Positions 17,148 to 31,125 are shown, counted from the stretch's first letter. The stretch is DNA of 64,000 nucleotides from Escherichia coli (GCF_024223415.1 NZ_CP100500.1); one strand, 5' to 3'. Numbers and translations are program-made. Notes: generated from the sequence alone by a model not told the origin.

Positions 17148-18749
17148 ATGTTTAATCGTATTCGAATTTCGACCACGCTGTTTTTAATTTTGATTCTCTG
17201 CGGGATCTTGCAGATTGGCAGTAACGGCATGTCTTTTTGGGCATTTCGCGACGATTTGCAACGACTGAATCAGGTCGAGCAGAGCAATCAGCAACGTGCG
17301 GCATTAGCGCAAACTCGGGCGGTAATGTTACAGGCCAGTACCGCGCTGAACAAAGCGGGCACTCTGACGGCACTTAGCTATCCGGCGGATGACATTAAAA
17401 CGTTGATGACGACGGCGCGCGCCAGTCTGACGCAATCCACCACGCTGTTTAAAAGTTTTATGGCGATGACTGCGGGCAACGAGCACGTCAGGGCATTGCA
17501 AAAAGAGACGGAGAAAAGTTTTGCCCGCTGGCACAACGATCTCGAACATCAGGCGACCTGGCTTGAAAGTAATCAACTTTCGGATTTCCTCACTGCGCCG
17601 GTGCAGGGATCACAGAATGCGTTTGACGTTAACTTTGAGGCCTGGCAGCTGGAGATCAACCATGTGCTGGAAGCCGCCAGTGCGCAAAGCCAGCGTAACT
17701 ATCAGATTTCGGCACTGGTGTTTATCAGCATGATTATTGTTGCGGCGATCTACATCAGCAGTGCGCTGTGGTGGACGCGCAAGATGATTGTTCAACCACT
17801 GGCCATTATCGGTAGCCATTTTGACAGCATTGCTGCGGGTAATCTGGCGCGTCCGATTGCGGTGTATGGTCGCAATGAGATCACCGCCATTTTTGCCAGC
17901 CTGAAGACCATGCAGCAGGCTTTGCGTGGGACGGTGAGTGATGTGCGTAAGGGAAGCCAGGAGATGCACATTGGTATCGCGGAGATTGTCGCAGGCAATA
18001 ACGATCTCTCAAGTCGTACCGAACAGCAGGCGGCATCGCTGGCACAAACGGCCGCCAGTATGGAGCAATTAACCGCCACGGTAGGGCAAAACGCCGATAA
18101 CGCACGACAGGCGTCGGAACTGGCAAAAAATGCCGCGACAACGGCGCAGGCGGGCGGTGTTCAGGTCAGTACCATGACTCACACCATGCAGGAGATCGCC
18201 ACCAGCTCGCAAAAAATTGGCGACATTATCAGCGTTATCGACGGAATTGCTTTCCAGACCAATATTCTGGCCCTGAATGCGGCAGTGGAAGCGGCTCGCG
18301 CCGGAGAGCAGGGGCGTGGTTTTGCGGTAGTGGCAGGTGAAGTGCGCAATCTTGCCAGCCGTAGCGCGCAGGCAGCAAAAGAGATCAAAGGGCTGATCGA
18401 AGAGTCAGTCAATCGTGTCCAGCAGGGTTCGAAACTGGTGAATAACGCCGCCGCGACCATGATCGATATTGTCAGTTCGGTGACCCGCGTGAACGACATT
18501 ATGGGAGAAATTGCCTCTGCGTCGGAAGAACAACAGCGGGGGATTGAGCAGGTTGCACAGGCTGTCAGCCAGATGGATCAGGTGACTCAGCAGAACGCCT
18601 CGCTGGTAGAAGAAGCGGCGGTGGCAACGGAACAACTGGCGAATCAGGCCGACCATCTTTCGTCGCGTGTGGCGGTATTTACCCTTGAAGAACATGAAGT
18701 AGCACGACATGAGTCGGTGCAGTTACAAATTGCGCCAGTGGTATCCTGA
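17148..18749 (+). CDS. tap: methyl-accepting chemotaxis protein IV (dipeptide/pyrimidine chemoreceptor)
   Basis: Product is MFNRIRISTTLFLILILCGILQIGSNGMSFWAFRDDLQRLNQ... (533 aa) with an MCP signalling domain. It lacks the C-terminal NWETF motif, as Tap does. Confidence 0.9.
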   Translation: MFNRIRISTTLFLILILCGILQIGSNGMSFWAFRDDLQRLNQVEQSNQQRAALAQTRAVMLQASTALNKAGTLTALSYPADDIKTLMTTARASLTQSTTLFKSFMAMTAGNEHVRALQKETEKSFARWHNDLEHQATWLESNQLSDFLTAPVQGSQNAFDVNFEAWQLEINHVLEAASAQSQRNYQISALVFISMIIVAAIYISSALWWTRKMIVQPLAIIGSHFDSIAAGNLARPIAVYGRNEITAIFASLKTMQQALRGTVSDVRKGSQEMHIGIAEIVAGNNDLSSRTEQQAASLAQTAASMEQLTATVGQNADNARQASELAKNAATTAQAGGVQVSTMTHTMQEIATSSQKIGDIISVIDGIAFQTNILALNAAVEAARAGEQGRGFAVVAGEVRNLASRSAQAAKEIKGLIEESVNRVQQGSKLVNNAAATMIDIVSSVTRVNDIMGEIASASEEQQRGIEQVAQAVSQMDQVTQQNASLVEEAAVATEQLANQADHLSSRVAVFTLEEHEVARHESVQLQIAPVVS

Positions 18750-18767
18750 AGTGATTGAGAAGGCGCT

Positions 18768-19628
18768 ATGACTTCATCTCTGCCCTGTGGGCAAACGTCT
18801 TTATTGTTACAGATGACCGAGCGCCTGGCGCTTTCCGACGCGCATTTTCGGCGGATAAGTCAATTGATCTATCAACGAGCCGGGATCGTTCTGGCTGACC
18901 ATAAACGCGACATGGTTTACAACCGACTGGTTCGTCGTTTGCGTTCGCTGGGACTGACGGATTTCGGTCATTATCTGAACTTGCTGGAATCTAATCAGCA
19001 CAGCGGTGAGTGGCAGGCGTTTATCAATTCGCTGACCACGAATCTGACGGCATTTTTCCGTGAGGCACACCATTTCCCTCTGCTCGCGGATCACGCACGT
19101 CGCCGTTCTGGCGAGTATCGCGTATGGAGCGCGGCGGCTTCGACCGGCGAAGAGCCGTACAGCATTGCGATGACGCTGGCTGACACATTGGGCACCGCGC
19201 CCGGACGCTGGAAAGTGTTTGCCAGTGATATCGACACCGAAGTGCTGGAAAAAGCCAGAAGCGGTATTTATCGCCATGAAGAGTTGAAAAACCTGACGCC
19301 GCAGCAACTGCAACGGTATTTCATGCGAGGGACGGGACCGCATGAAGGGCTGGTACGCGTGCGTCAGGAGCTGGCGAACTATGTTGATTTTGCCCCGCTG
19401 AATCTACTGGCGAAACAGTACACCGTGCCGGGGCCGTTTGATGCGATCTTCTGTCGTAACGTCATGATCTACTTCGATCAAAATACCCAGCAGGAGATTT
19501 TGCGCCGCTTTGTTCCGCTCCTTAAACCCGACGGATTGCTGTTTGCGGGTCACTCTGAAAACTTTAGCCACCTCGAGCGCCGCTTCACGCTGCGTGGTCA
19601 GACGGTGTATGCGCTAAGTAAGGATTAA
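18768..19628 (+). CDS. cheR: chemotaxis protein methyltransferase CheR
   Basis: Product is [54 protein letters not shown]... (286 aa). Confidence 0.9.
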
Positions 19629-19630
19629 CG

Positions 19631-21084
<1,454 letters not shown>

Positions 21085-21094
21085 GGATGCGACT

Positions 21095-21739
21095 ATGATG
21101 CAACCATCAATCAAACCTGCTGACGAGCATTCAGCTGGCGATATCATTGCGCGCATCGGCAGCCTGACGCGTATGCTGCGCGACAGTTTGCGGGAACTGG
21201 GGCTGGATCAGGCCATTGCCGAAGCGGCGGAAGCCATCCCGGATGCGCGCGATCGTTTGTACTATGTTGTGCAGATGACCGCCCAGGCTGCGGAGCGGGC
21301 GCTGAACAGTGTTGAGGCGTCACAACCGCATCAGGATCAAATGGAGAAATCAGCAAAAGCGTTAACCCAACGTTGGGATGACTGGTTTGCCGATCCGATT
21401 GACCTTGCCGACGCCCGTGAATTGGTAACAGATACGCGACAATTTCTGGCAGATGTACCCGCGCATACCAGCTTTACTAACGCGCAACTGCTGGAAATCA
21501 TTATGGCGCAGGATTTTCAGGATCTCACCGGGCAGGTCATTAAGCGGATGATGGATGTCATTCAGGAGATCGAACGCCAGTTGCTGATGGTGCTGTTGGA
21601 AAACATCCCGGAACAGGAGTCGCGTCCAAAGCGTGAAAATCAGAGTTTGCTTAATGGACCTCAGGTCGATACCAGCAAAGCCGGTGTGGTAGCCAGTCAG
21701 GATCAGGTGGACGATTTGTTGGATAGTCTTGGATTTTGA
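21095..21739 (+). CDS. cheZ: CheY-P phosphatase CheZ
   Basis: Product is [71 protein letters not shown]... (214 aa). Confidence 0.9.
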   Translation: MMQPSIKPADEHSAGDIIARIGSLTRMLRDSLRELGLDQAIAEAAEAIPDARDRLYYVVQMTAQAAERALNSVEASQPHQDQMEKSAKALTQRWDDWFADPIDLADARELVTDTRQFLADVPAHTSFTNAQLLEIIMAQDFQDLTGQVIKRMMDVIQEIERQLLMVLLENIPEQESRPKRENQSLLNGPQVDTSKAGVVASQDQVDDLLDSLGF

Positions 21740-21746
21740 TTTGTAT

Positions 21747-21812
21747 TGCCTGATGTGGCGTGACCACGTCATATCAGGCGGTCTGATAAGGCGATGACGC
21801 CGCATCCGACAA
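21747..21812. repeat. REP (repetitive extragenic palindromic) element(s) after cheZ
   Basis: GCCTGATGTGGCGTGACCACGTCATATCAGGC and GATAAGGCGATGACGCCGCATCCGACA carry the GCC(G/T)GATG.GCG.. REP consensus in inverted orientation. Confidence 0.55.
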
Positions 21813-21940
21813 ACGCACACTATGCTTGATGTGTGGCAGCAAAAGCCCTAAATCCCGCCTGTTTTGCCCCTTACTCAAACCATTGAACGCTTTGCGCTCT
21901 GGCATCATTTACGCTTAATACTCTTTCCAGGATTGGCGAC

Positions 21941-23089
21941 GTGTCTGACGAGAGCGACGACAAAACAGAAGCCCCCACTCCTCACCGACTAGAAAAAGCG
22001 CGGGAAGAGGGGCAAATCCCGCGTTCCCGTGAACTGACCTCACTGCTGATTTTGCTGGTGGGCGTTAGTGTTATCTGGTTTGGCGGTGTGTCGCTGGCCC
22101 GTCGATTGTCGGGCATGCTCTCCGCTGGGCTGCATTTTGATCACAGTATTATCAAAGACCCGAATCTGATCCTCGGGCAAATTATTCTGCTGATCAGAGA
22201 AGCCATGCTGGCGCTGCTACCGCTGATTAGCGGCGTGGTGCTGGTGGCGCTCATTTCTCCGGTTATGCTGGGGGGGCTGGTATTTAGCGGAAAATCCTTG
22301 CAGCCGAAGTTTTCCAAACTCAACCCGCTACCGGGCATAAAACGGATGTTCTCGGCACAGACTGGCGCGGAGTTGCTTAAAGCAATTTTGAAAACCATCC
22401 TGGTTGGTAGCGTGACGGGGTTTTTTCTCTGGCATCACTGGCCGCAGATGATGCGCTTAATGGCCGAGTCTCCGATTACCGCCATGGGTAATGCGATGGA
22501 TCTGGTAGGGCTATGCGCACTGCTGGTGGTGCTTGGTGTCATTCCGATGGTGGGATTTGACGTCTTTTTTCAAATCTTCAGCCACCTGAAAAAGCTGCGT
22601 ATGTCGCGGCAGGATATTCGTGATGAGTTCAAACAAAGCGAAGGCGATCCCCATGTCAAAGGGCGAATTCGTCAGATGCAGCGAGCTGCGGCGCGGCGGC
22701 GGATGATGGCCGATGTGCCGAAAGCGGACGTCATTGTCAATAACCCGACCCACTATTCGGTAGCGTTGCAGTATGACGAAAACAAAATGAGCGCACCGAA
22801 AGTGGTCGCTAAAGGTGCAGGGCTGGTCGCGCTGCGCATTCGTGAAATTGGCTCTGAAAATAACGTCCCGACGCTTGAAGCGCCGCCGCTGGCGCGAGCG
22901 CTGTATCGACATGCGGAGATTGGTCAACAAATCCCGGGTCAACTGTACGCCGCGGTGGCGGAAGTGCTGGCCTGGGTCTGGCAACTGAAACGCTGGCGTC
23001 TGGCTGGTGGACAGCGCCCTGTACAACCTACTCATCTTCCGGTGCCGGAAGCCCTGGATTTTATTAACGAGAAACCGACCCATGAGTAA
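21941..23089 (+). CDS. flhB: flagellar export apparatus protein FlhB (GTG start)
   Basis: Product is (M)SDESDDKTEAPTPHRLEKAREEGQIPRSRELTSLLILLVG... (382 aa) with the NPTH autocleavage motif present (VNNPTHYS). Confidence 0.9.
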   Translation: MSDESDDKTEAPTPHRLEKAREEGQIPRSRELTSLLILLVGVSVIWFGGVSLARRLSGMLSAGLHFDHSIIKDPNLILGQIILLIREAMLALLPLISGVVLVALISPVMLGGLVFSGKSLQPKFSKLNPLPGIKRMFSAQTGAELLKAILKTILVGSVTGFFLWHHWPQMMRLMAESPITAMGNAMDLVGLCALLVVLGVIPMVGFDVFFQIFSHLKKLRMSRQDIRDEFKQSEGDPHVKGRIRQMQRAAARRRMMADVPKADVIVNNPTHYSVALQYDENKMSAPKVVAKGAGLVALRIREIGSENNVPTLEAPPLARALYRHAEIGQQIPGQLYAAVAEVLAWVWQLKRWRLAGGQRPVQPTHLPVPEALDFINEKPTHE

Positions 23090-25160
23090 TCTGGCCGCGA
23101 TGCTGCGCCTGCCCGCAAACCTGAAATCGACACAATGGCAGATCCTTGCCGGACCGATTTTGATCCTGTTGATCTTGTCGATGATGGTGCTGCCACTGCC
23201 CGCATTCATACTCGACCTGTTGTTTACCTTCAATATTGCCTTGTCGATCATGGTGTTGCTGGTGGCGATGTTTACCCAGCGCACGCTTGAGTTTGCTGCG
23301 TTTCCGACCATTTTGTTGTTTACCACGCTGTTGCGTCTGGCACTTAACGTGGCTTCAACCCGTATCATTTTGATGGAAGGGCATACCGGCGCAGCGGCGG
23401 CAGGGAAGGTGGTTGAAGCGTTCGGTCACTTCCTCGTTGGTGGCAATTTCGCTATCGGTATCGTGGTGTTTGTCATTCTCGTGATCATCAACTTTATGGT
23501 CATTACCAAAGGTGCCGGGCGTATCGCAGAAGTGGGTGCGCGCTTTGTTCTCGATGGTATGCCGGGTAAGCAGATGGCGATTGACGCCGACCTTAACGCC
23601 GGATTGATTGGTGAAGATGAGGCGAAAAAACGCCGCTCCGAAGTCACTCAGGAAGCCGATTTTTACGGCTCAATGGACGGGGCAAGTAAGTTTGTCCGCG
23701 GCGATGCCATCGCCGGGATCCTCATCATGGTCATTAACGTTGTCGGCGGGTTGCTGGTCGGTGTGCTGCAACATGGCATGAGCATGGGACACGCGGCGGA
23801 AAGTTATACGCTCTTGACCATTGGTGACGGTCTGGTGGCACAAATCCCGGCGCTGGTGATTTCTACCGCCGCGGGGGTCATTGTTACGCGTGTCAGCACC
23901 GATCAGGATGTTGGCGAGCAGATGGTGAATCAGCTTTTCAGTAACCCAAGCGTTATGTTGTTAAGCGCTGCCGTGCTCGGTTTACTCGGCCTGGTGCCTG
24001 GAATGCCGAACCTGGTATTTTTGCTGTTCACTGCCGGATTGCTGGGGCTGGCCTGGTGGATCCGTGGACGCGAACAAAAAGCGCCTGCCGAACCAAAACC
24101 GGTAAAAATGGCAGAGAATAATGCCGTTGTCGAAGCGACGTGGAACGATGTACAACTGGAAGATTCTCTGGGAATGGAAGTGGGTTATCGACTGATCCCG
24201 ATGGTCGATTTCCAGCAGGATGGTGAGTTGTTGGGCCGTATACGCAGTATCCGCAAGAAATTTGCCCAGGAGATGGGCTTCCTGCCGCCGGTGGTGCACA
24301 TTCGCGACAATATGGATCTGCAACCTGCCCGCTATCGCATTTTGATGAAAGGCGTGGAGATAGGCAGTGGTGATGCTTATCCGGGGCGCTGGCTGGCGAT
24401 TAACCCTGGAACCGCTGCCGGGACGTTACCTGGTGAGGCGACCATCGATCCGGCATTTGGCCTGAATGCTATCTGGATTGAAAGTGCGCTAAAAGAACAG
24501 GCGCAGATTCAGGGGTACACCGTGGTTGAGGCCAGCACGGTGGTGGCAACGCATCTTAACCACCTCATTAGCCAGCATGCCGCAGAGCTGTTTGGTCGTC
24601 AGGAGGCGCAACAGCTGTTGGATCGCGTCGCCCAGGAGATGCCAAAGCTGACGGAAGATCTCGTTCCTGGCGTCGTCACGCTCACCACACTGCATAAAGT
24701 GCTGCAAAATCTCCTCGATGAAAAAGTACCGATTCGCGATATGCGCACCATTCTCGAAACGCTGGCGGAACATGCACCCATCCAAAGCGATCCACATGAA
24801 TTAACCGCCGTCGTGCGCGTGGCGTTGGGACGGGCGATTACCCAGCAGTGGTTTCCTGGCAAAGATGAAGTCCATGTTATTGGCCTCGATACACCGCTGG
24901 AACGTTTGTTACTACAGGCGCTGCAGGGCGGGGGCGGACTGGAGCCAGGGTTGGCGGATCGTTTACTGGCGCAAACTCAGGAAGCGCTATCCCGTCAGGA
25001 GATGTTGGGTGCGCCGCCAGTATTGTTGGTGAACCACGCGCTGCGACCATTATTGTCTCGCTTTCTGCGCCGCAGCTTGCCGCAGTTAGTGGTGCTGTCG
25101 AATCTGGAACTATCTGATAACCGACATATCCGCATGACGGCGACAATTGGCGGTAAATGA
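23082..25160 (+). CDS. flhA: flagellar export apparatus protein FlhA
   Basis: Product is MSNLAAMLRLPANLKSTQWQILAGPILILLILSMMVLPLPAFILD... (692 aa). The start overlaps the flhB stop. Confidence 0.9.
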   Translation: MSNLAAMLRLPANLKSTQWQILAGPILILLILSMMVLPLPAFILDLLFTFNIALSIMVLLVAMFTQRTLEFAAFPTILLFTTLLRLALNVASTRIILMEGHTGAAAAGKVVEAFGHFLVGGNFAIGIVVFVILVIINFMVITKGAGRIAEVGARFVLDGMPGKQMAIDADLNAGLIGEDEAKKRRSEVTQEADFYGSMDGASKFVRGDAIAGILIMVINVVGGLLVGVLQHGMSMGHAAESYTLLTIGDGLVAQIPALVISTAAGVIVTRVSTDQDVGEQMVNQLFSNPSVMLLSAAVLGLLGLVPGMPNLVFLLFTAGLLGLAWWIRGREQKAPAEPKPVKMAENNAVVEATWNDVQLEDSLGMEVGYRLIPMVDFQQDGELLGRIRSIRKKFAQEMGFLPPVVHIRDNMDLQPARYRILMKGVEIGSGDAYPGRWLAINPGTAAGTLPGEATIDPAFGLNAIWIESALKEQAQIQGYTVVEASTVVATHLNHLISQHAAELFGRQEAQQLLDRVAQEMPKLTEDLVPGVVTLTTLHKVLQNLLDEKVPIRDMRTILETLAEHAPIQSDPHELTAVVRVALGRAITQQWFPGKDEVHVIGLDTPLERLLLQALQGGGGLEPGLADRLLAQTQEALSRQEMLGAPPVLLVNHALRPLLSRFLRRSLPQLVVLSNLELSDNRHIRMTATIGGK

Positions 25161-25552
25161 TGAGAACCTTATTAGCAATATTATTGTTTCCGCTGCTGGT
25201 GCAAGCCGCCGGGGAGGGGATGTGGCAGGCAAGTAGTGTCGGAATTACGCTAAATCATCGCGGTGAGTCGATGTCGTCTGCGCCTCTTTCTACGCGACAA
25301 CCTGCTTCAGGATTGATGACGCTGGTAGCGTGGCGTTATCAGCTTATCGGCCCGACACCTGCAGGACTGCGGGTTCGCTTGTGTTCGCAATCTCGTTGTG
25401 TCGAATTAGAGGGGCAGAGCGGAACCACCGTGGCCTTTTCCGGTATAGCGGCAGTAGAACCGTTGCGCTTTATCTGGGAAGTGCCTGGCGGTGGGCGGTT
25501 AATTCCGTCGCTGAAAGTACAACGTAATGAAGTGATTGTGAATTATCGCTGA
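25157..25552 (+). CDS. flhE: flagellar protein FlhE (periplasmic, signal peptide)
   Basis: Product is MMRTLLAILLFPLLVQAAGEGMWQASSVGITLNHRG... (131 aa). It overlaps flhA by 4 bp. Confidence 0.85.
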   Translation: MMRTLLAILLFPLLVQAAGEGMWQASSVGITLNHRGESMSSAPLSTRQPASGLMTLVAWRYQLIGPTPAGLRVRLCSQSRCVELEGQSGTTVAFSGIAAVEPLRFIWEVPGGGRLIPSLKVQRNEVIVNYR

Positions 25553-25610
25553 AGGACAAAAAAAATTACGCGCTCGCGAGTATGTTTAATAACTCAGTGA
25601 AAAAGGCTGG

Positions 25611-25656
25611 ATGTTTTGTTGCAATCATTTATCAGGAATAGATTGCAACAAAACAT
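25611..25656. terminator. bidirectional hairpin terminator between convergent flhE and yecT
   Basis: A perfect 16-bp inverted repeat ATGTTTTGTTGCAATC / GATTGCAACAAAACAT lies in the gap between convergent stops. Confidence 0.5.
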
Positions 25657-25672
25657 GCCAAAAATATGTGAA

Positions 25673-26161
25673 TTATCCTCTTGTCAAAGGGCTTGGATAA
25701 AAATCTTCAGAGTTACGGTATAGCTGCAACTGGCGAGTTCGCGTATTGGTCTGTATGATCATACATGATAGCCATTCTGATTCAGAATAAGGGTCACTTA
25801 AATCCTGAACATCCTCATTTGAAAGGATTAATTCACATTCTTTGTCCCTAAAATCCAGCCAGGCTCGCTGTGATTTTTTAAGCAAGTTAAGTTGTTCAGT
25901 ATCAGGTTTTTTTGCACCTGTGCGTGGCACTTGTTCTATATAACGATAAGCTTCACCATAAGCTTTATTTAATTGCGCATCGACGAGATTGTATTCTTGT
26001 CGCAGGCATGATTTGATCACGTTAATGTCAGTATCATCATCTGAATTTTTTTGCCAACAATCTTTGATGGCTGAAATGTCATGGTCGTTTACTATAACCG
26101 TATCTTCTGCGTAAGCCTGGCAAGAGATAATGCCTAATGTTAATACAAGAAATTTAAACAC
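25673..26161 (-). CDS. yecT: secreted DUF1311 (LprI-like) protein YecT
   Basis: Product is MFKFLVLTLGIISCQAYAEDTVIVNDHD... with a signal peptide (162 aa). Its position between flhE and argS supports the call. Confidence 0.75.
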   Translation of the reverse strand: MFKFLVLTLGIISCQAYAEDTVIVNDHDISAIKDCWQKNSDDDTDINVIKSCLRQEYNLVDAQLNKAYGEAYRYIEQVPRTGAKKPDTEQLNLLKKSQRAWLDFRDKECELILSNEDVQDLSDPYSESEWLSCMIIQTNTRTRQLQLYRNSEDFYPSPLTRG

Positions 26162-26284
26162 TGCGGTATTCCTTAAATTGAACCGTTATCGTTTTCCTGG
26201 GCCTGGATATTACGCTTCTGGCCTCTTACTCAACAGTGAGAAAACGATGGCATGTCCGTTTTCAGAATACATTTAGATGGCAAT

Positions 26285-26319
26285 AAAAAAGCCTGATCGG
26301 CTAACCCTGATCAGGCTTC
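26285..26319 (-). terminator. rho-independent terminator of argS
   Basis: On the minus strand AAGCCTGATCAGGGTTAGCCGATCAGGCTT is followed by a T6 run, just 3' of the argS stop. Confidence 0.55.
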
Positions 26320-26337
26320 ACTCTCACGAAAAATCGA

Positions 26338-28071
26338 TTACATACGCTCTACAGTCTCAATACCCAGCGTATCCAGACCCAGCTTCAGCGTCTTCGCCGT
26401 CAGTTGTGCCAGTTTTAGACGGCTGTTACGCACTTCTTCGTTTTCTGCGCTGAGGATCGGGCAGTGCTCGTAGAAGCCAGAGAACAGACCGGCCAGATCG
26501 TACAGGTAAGCACACATTACATGCGGCGTGCCTTCACGGGCAACCACGGTGAGGGTTTCTTCAAACTGCAGCAGGCGAGCTGCCAGTTGCGCTTCACGAT
26601 CTTCACGGATGATAACCGGAGCTGCAGCCAGTTGCTCTTCGTCAATTTCTGCTTTACGGAACACGGACAATACACGCGTGTATGCATACTGCATGTAAGG
26701 CGCGGTATTACCCTCAAACGCCAGCATGTTGTCCCAGTCGAAGATGTAGTCCGTGGTGCGGTTTTTGGAGAGATCCGCATATTTCACCGCACCAATACCA
26801 ACCGCGTTAGCCAGTTTTTCCAGCTCGTCGGCTGGCATATCCGGGTTCTTTTCTGCCACCAGACGGCGTGCACGTTCCAGGGCTTCATCCAGCAGATCGG
26901 CCAGTTTCACTGTACCACCCGCGCGGGTTTTGAACGGTTTGCCGTCTTTACCCAGCATCATGCCGAACATGTGGTGTTCCAGCGGTACGGATTCCGGTAC
27001 ATAGCCTGCTTTACGGACGATCGCCCATGCCTGCATCAGGTGTTGATGCTGACGGGAGTCGATGTAATACAGCACGCGATCGGCATGCAGTGTTTCATAA
27101 CGATATTTCGCACAGGCGATATCAGTGGTGGTATAGAGATAGCCGCCATCTTTCTTCTGAATGATCACGCCCATCGGTTCGCCTTCCTTGTTTTTAAACT
27201 CATCAAGGAATACGACGGTCGCCCCTTCGCTTTCTACTGCCAGACCTTTGGCTTTGAGATCCGCCACGATTCCTGGCAGCATCGGATTGTAGAGGCTTTC
27301 GCCCATCACGTCATCACGGGTCAGCGTCACGTTGAGACGATCGTAGGTGATCTGGTTCTGCGTCATGGTGATGTCGACCAGTTTGCGCCACATCTCGCGG
27401 AAATATTCGTCACCGCTTTGCAGTTTTACCACGTAGTTACGTGCACGCTCGGCAAACTCTTCATCTTCGTCGTAATGCTTTTTCGCATCGCGGTAGAAAC
27501 CTTCAAGGTCAGCCAGCTCCATTTCACCGGCGTTTTCCTGCTGCTGCTTTTCCAGCCATGCAATCAGCATACCGAACTGAGTGCCCCAGTCGCCGACGTG
27601 GTTTGCGCGAATCACTTTGTGACCGAGGAACTCCAGAGTACGCACTGCTGCGTCACCAATAATGGTAGAGCGCAGGTGACCGACGTGCATCTCTTTCGCC
27701 ACGTTTGGCGCAGAGTAGTCAACCACAATGGTCTGTTTTTCTGGCGTAGCAACACCGAGACGATCGGACGCCAGCGCCTGCTGAACATGTTCAGCCAGGA
27801 ATGCCGGATCAAGGAAAATGTTGATAAAGCCTGGACCGGCGATCTCAACTTTGCTGGCGATACCGTTAAGATCCAGATGAGTCAGCACCTGCTCTGCTAA
27901 TTGTCGCGGTGCCATACCCAGTTTTTTAGCAACTGCCATCATGCCGTTAGCCTGATAGTCGCCGAACTGAACTTTTGCTGACTGACGAACCTGCGGTTCG
28001 CAATCCGCAGGCGCGCCTGCCGCAATCATGGCCTGACGGACTTTTTCTGAGAGAAGAGCCTGAATATTCAC
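26338..28071 (-). CDS. argS: arginine--tRNA ligase
   Basis: Product is [52 protein letters not shown]... (577 aa) with HVGH and KMSK-class motifs. Confidence 0.95.
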   Translation of the reverse strand: MNIQALLSEKVRQAMIAAGAPADCEPQVRQSAKVQFGDYQANGMMAVAKKLGMAPRQLAEQVLTHLDLNGIASKVEIAGPGFINIFLDPAFLAEHVQQALASDRLGVATPEKQTIVVDYSAPNVAKEMHVGHLRSTIIGDAAVRTLEFLGHKVIRANHVGDWGTQFGMLIAWLEKQQQENAGEMELADLEGFYRDAKKHYDEDEEFAERARNYVVKLQSGDEYFREMWRKLVDITMTQNQITYDRLNVTLTRDDVMGESLYNPMLPGIVADLKAKGLAVESEGATVVFLDEFKNKEGEPMGVIIQKKDGGYLYTTTDIACAKYRYETLHADRVLYYIDSRQHQHLMQAWAIVRKAGYVPESVPLEHHMFGMMLGKDGKPFKTRAGGTVKLADLLDEALERARRLVAEKNPDMPADELEKLANAVGIGAVKYADLSKNRTTDYIFDWDNMLAFEGNTAPYMQYAYTRVLSVFRKAEIDEEQLAAAPVIIREDREAQLAARLLQFEETLTVVAREGTPHVMCAYLYDLAGLFSGFYEHCPILSAENEEVRNSRLKLAQLTAKTLKLGLDTLGIETVERM

Positions 28072-28280
28072 CGGAATACCTTACATTGATGAAGCGAGCA
28101 AAAATTGCCCGCACCAGTTAAAGAAATTAGGGCGGGAGTATACTGCAAATGGCTGTTTTCGTCAGCAACGTGCACGTGGCGTATTGCCGTTTTCACTATT
28201 GCATCAGAAGCGGCGTGAAATCAGCGGTTGGTTGGCGCAGGGCAACAGGGTAAATTAACGCTTTTACTGAAAGACGAAGA

Positions 28281-28853
28281 GTGATTATGGCGAACTGGCA
28301 ATCTATCGACGAGCTGCAGGATATTGCATCGGATTTACCGCGATTTACCCACGCATTAGATGAACTTTCCCGCCGTTTGGGGTTGGATATCACTCCGTTG
28401 ACTGCCGATCACATTTCCTTGCGTTGCCATCAAAACGCCACCGCTGAACGCTGGCGTCGCGGGTTTGAACAGTGCGGCGAGCTTTTGTCAGAAAATATGA
28501 TCAATGGCAGACCGATTTGTCTGTTTAAATTGCATGAACCGGTACAGGTTGCGCACTGGCAGTTTTCCATTGTGGAGCTACCGTGGCCTGGGGAAAAACG
28601 TTACCCGCACGAAGGTTGGGAACATATTGAAATCGTTCTGCCGGGTGATCCAGAAACGCTGAATGCCCGTGCGCTGGCATTGCTTTCTGATGAAGGACTC
28701 AGCCTACCGGGGATCTCAGTGAAAACCAGTTCGCCAAAAGGTGAGCATGAACGATTACCGAATCCGACGCTGGCGGTCACCGATGGCAAAACAACCATTA
28801 AATTTCATCCGTGGTCCATTGAAGAGATTGTTGCCAGCGAGCAGTCGGCGTAA
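28281..28853 (+). CDS. yecM: VOC-family protein YecM (annotated K-12 start corresponds to Met3, nt 28287)
   Basis: Product is MIMANWQSIDELQDIASDLPRFTHALDELSRRLGLDITPL... Confidence 0.8.
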   Translation: MIMANWQSIDELQDIASDLPRFTHALDELSRRLGLDITPLTADHISLRCHQNATAERWRRGFEQCGELLSENMINGRPICLFKLHEPVQVAHWQFSIVELPWPGEKRYPHEGWEHIEIVLPGDPETLNARALALLSDEGLSLPGISVKTSSPKGEHERLPNPTLAVTDGKTTIKFHPWSIEEIVASEQSA

Positions 28854-28857
28854 TTAA

Positions 28858-29613
<756 letters not shown>

Positions 29614-29658
29614 TTTTTACCGTTGCATCATGTCGCCCAATATGATGCTTGCTCGTAC

Positions 29659-29693
29659 CAGGCCCCTGCAATTTCAACAGGGGCCTTTTTTTA
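29659..29693 (+). terminator. rho-independent terminator after cutC
   Basis: A GGCCCCTG-CAATTTCAA-CAGGGGCC hairpin is followed by a T7 run. Confidence 0.6.
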
Positions 29694-30000
29694 TCCCTGA
29701 ATAGTGTAAAAAATGAACGATTACCGCGATCTGTTGAGCGGGTGACAGTGCACATAGCGTTGTGCTAAAAATATTTTATATATTCACATTAATTATGTGA
29801 TTTAAATTGCTAAAACTGACAAATATATATTCTAAATAACAACTGGATTATTCCTTAGCAATTAATGATTACATTGTAATAAATCATATTCTTTAGCGAT
29901 TATTTCAGGCAGTGTTGTGCCGAATTAAGCAAGTAGTCAATTCGTTGTATATTTATTTATACAATGATTTCGGTGTTCTGGAATTTAATTAGAGGAATCT

Positions 30001-31101
30001 ATGCGAGGGAAAAAACGCATTGGGTTATTGTTTTTGCTGATAGCGGTTGTGGTTGGTGGTGGCGGGTTCTTGCAGGTGCAAAAAGCCTTACATAAAACGT
30101 CGGATACAGCATTTTGCCTTTCCTGCCACTCGATGAGTAAACCTTTTGAGGAATATCAGGGAACTGTCCACTTTTCGAACCAGAAAGGGATACGTGCGGA
30201 ATGTGCCGATTGCCATATTCCAAAGTCAGGGATGGATTATTTATTCGCTAAATTAAAAGCATCTAAAGATATTTATCATGAATTTGTTAGCGGCAAAATA
30301 GACAGTGACGATAAGTTCGAAGCTCATCGCCAGGAAATGGCCGAAACAGTATGGAAAGAATTAAAAGCAACTGACTCTGCAACGTGCCGTAGTTGCCATT
30401 CTTTTGATGCCATGGATATTGCCTCGCAAAGTGAATCTGCGCAGAAAATGCATAACAAAGCACAAAAGGGCGGCGAAACCTGTATCGATTGTCATAAAGG
30501 CATTGCCCATTTTCCGCCAGAAATAAAAATGGATGACAACGCGGCGCATGAGCTGGAAAGTCAGGCCGCTACTTCAGTGACTAATGGCGCACATATTTAT
30601 CCTTTCAAAACTTCTCGCATAGGCGAGCTGGCTACCGTGAATCCTGGTACCGATCTCACCGTCGTTGATGCCAGTGGCAAACAGCCGATCGTTCTGTTGC
30701 AGGGTTATCAAATGCAGGGCAGTGAAAACACGCTCTACCTGGCGGCAGGTCAACGGCTGGCGCTAGCCACATTAAGTGAAGAAGGTATCAAGGCGCTCAC
30801 GGTAAACGGGGAATGGCAGGCTGACGAATACGGCAATCAATGGCGTCAGGCGTCTTTACAGGGTGCGCTTACCGATCCCGCATTAGCGGACCGTAAACCG
30901 CTATGGCAATACGCTGAAAAACTTGACGATACCTATTGCGCTGGTTGTCATGCCCCTATTGCCGCCGACCATTACACCGTCAATGCGTGGCCTTCCATTG
31001 CCAAAGGAATGGGGGCACGAACCAGCATGAGCGAAAACGAACTGGACATTTTAACGCGGTATTTCCAGTACAACGCCAAAGATATTACCGAGAAACAGTG
31101 A
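30001..31101 (+). CDS. torY: NapC/NirT-family pentahaem c-type cytochrome TorY
   Basis: Product is [32 protein letters not shown]... with several CxxCH haem motifs (CLSCH, CADCH, CRSCH, CIDCH, CAGCH). It is 366 aa. Confidence 0.9.
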   Translation: MRGKKRIGLLFLLIAVVVGGGGFLQVQKALHKTSDTAFCLSCHSMSKPFEEYQGTVHFSNQKGIRAECADCHIPKSGMDYLFAKLKASKDIYHEFVSGKIDSDDKFEAHRQEMAETVWKELKATDSATCRSCHSFDAMDIASQSESAQKMHNKAQKGGETCIDCHKGIAHFPPEIKMDDNAAHELESQAATSVTNGAHIYPFKTSRIGELATVNPGTDLTVVDASGKQPIVLLQGYQMQGSENTLYLAAGQRLALATLSEEGIKALTVNGEWQADEYGNQWRQASLQGALTDPALADRKPLWQYAEKLDDTYCAGCHAPIAADHYTVNAWPSIAKGMGARTSMSENELDILTRYFQYNAKDITEKQ

Positions 31102-31125
31102 TCCTCGTTGATCAGGGAGGAAGTT

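Noticed and set aside
22511-23368. 285-aa minus-strand ORF spanning the flhB/flhA junction
   Set aside because: It is antisense to two conserved flagellar export genes. The product is Arg/His-rich and there is no RBS.
26464-27900. 478-aa plus-strand ORF antisense to argS
   Set aside because: It is entirely embedded in the conserved essential argS gene. Its product is biased (H/F/V/R-rich) with no start context. This is the typical antisense-frame artefact of a GC-rich gene.
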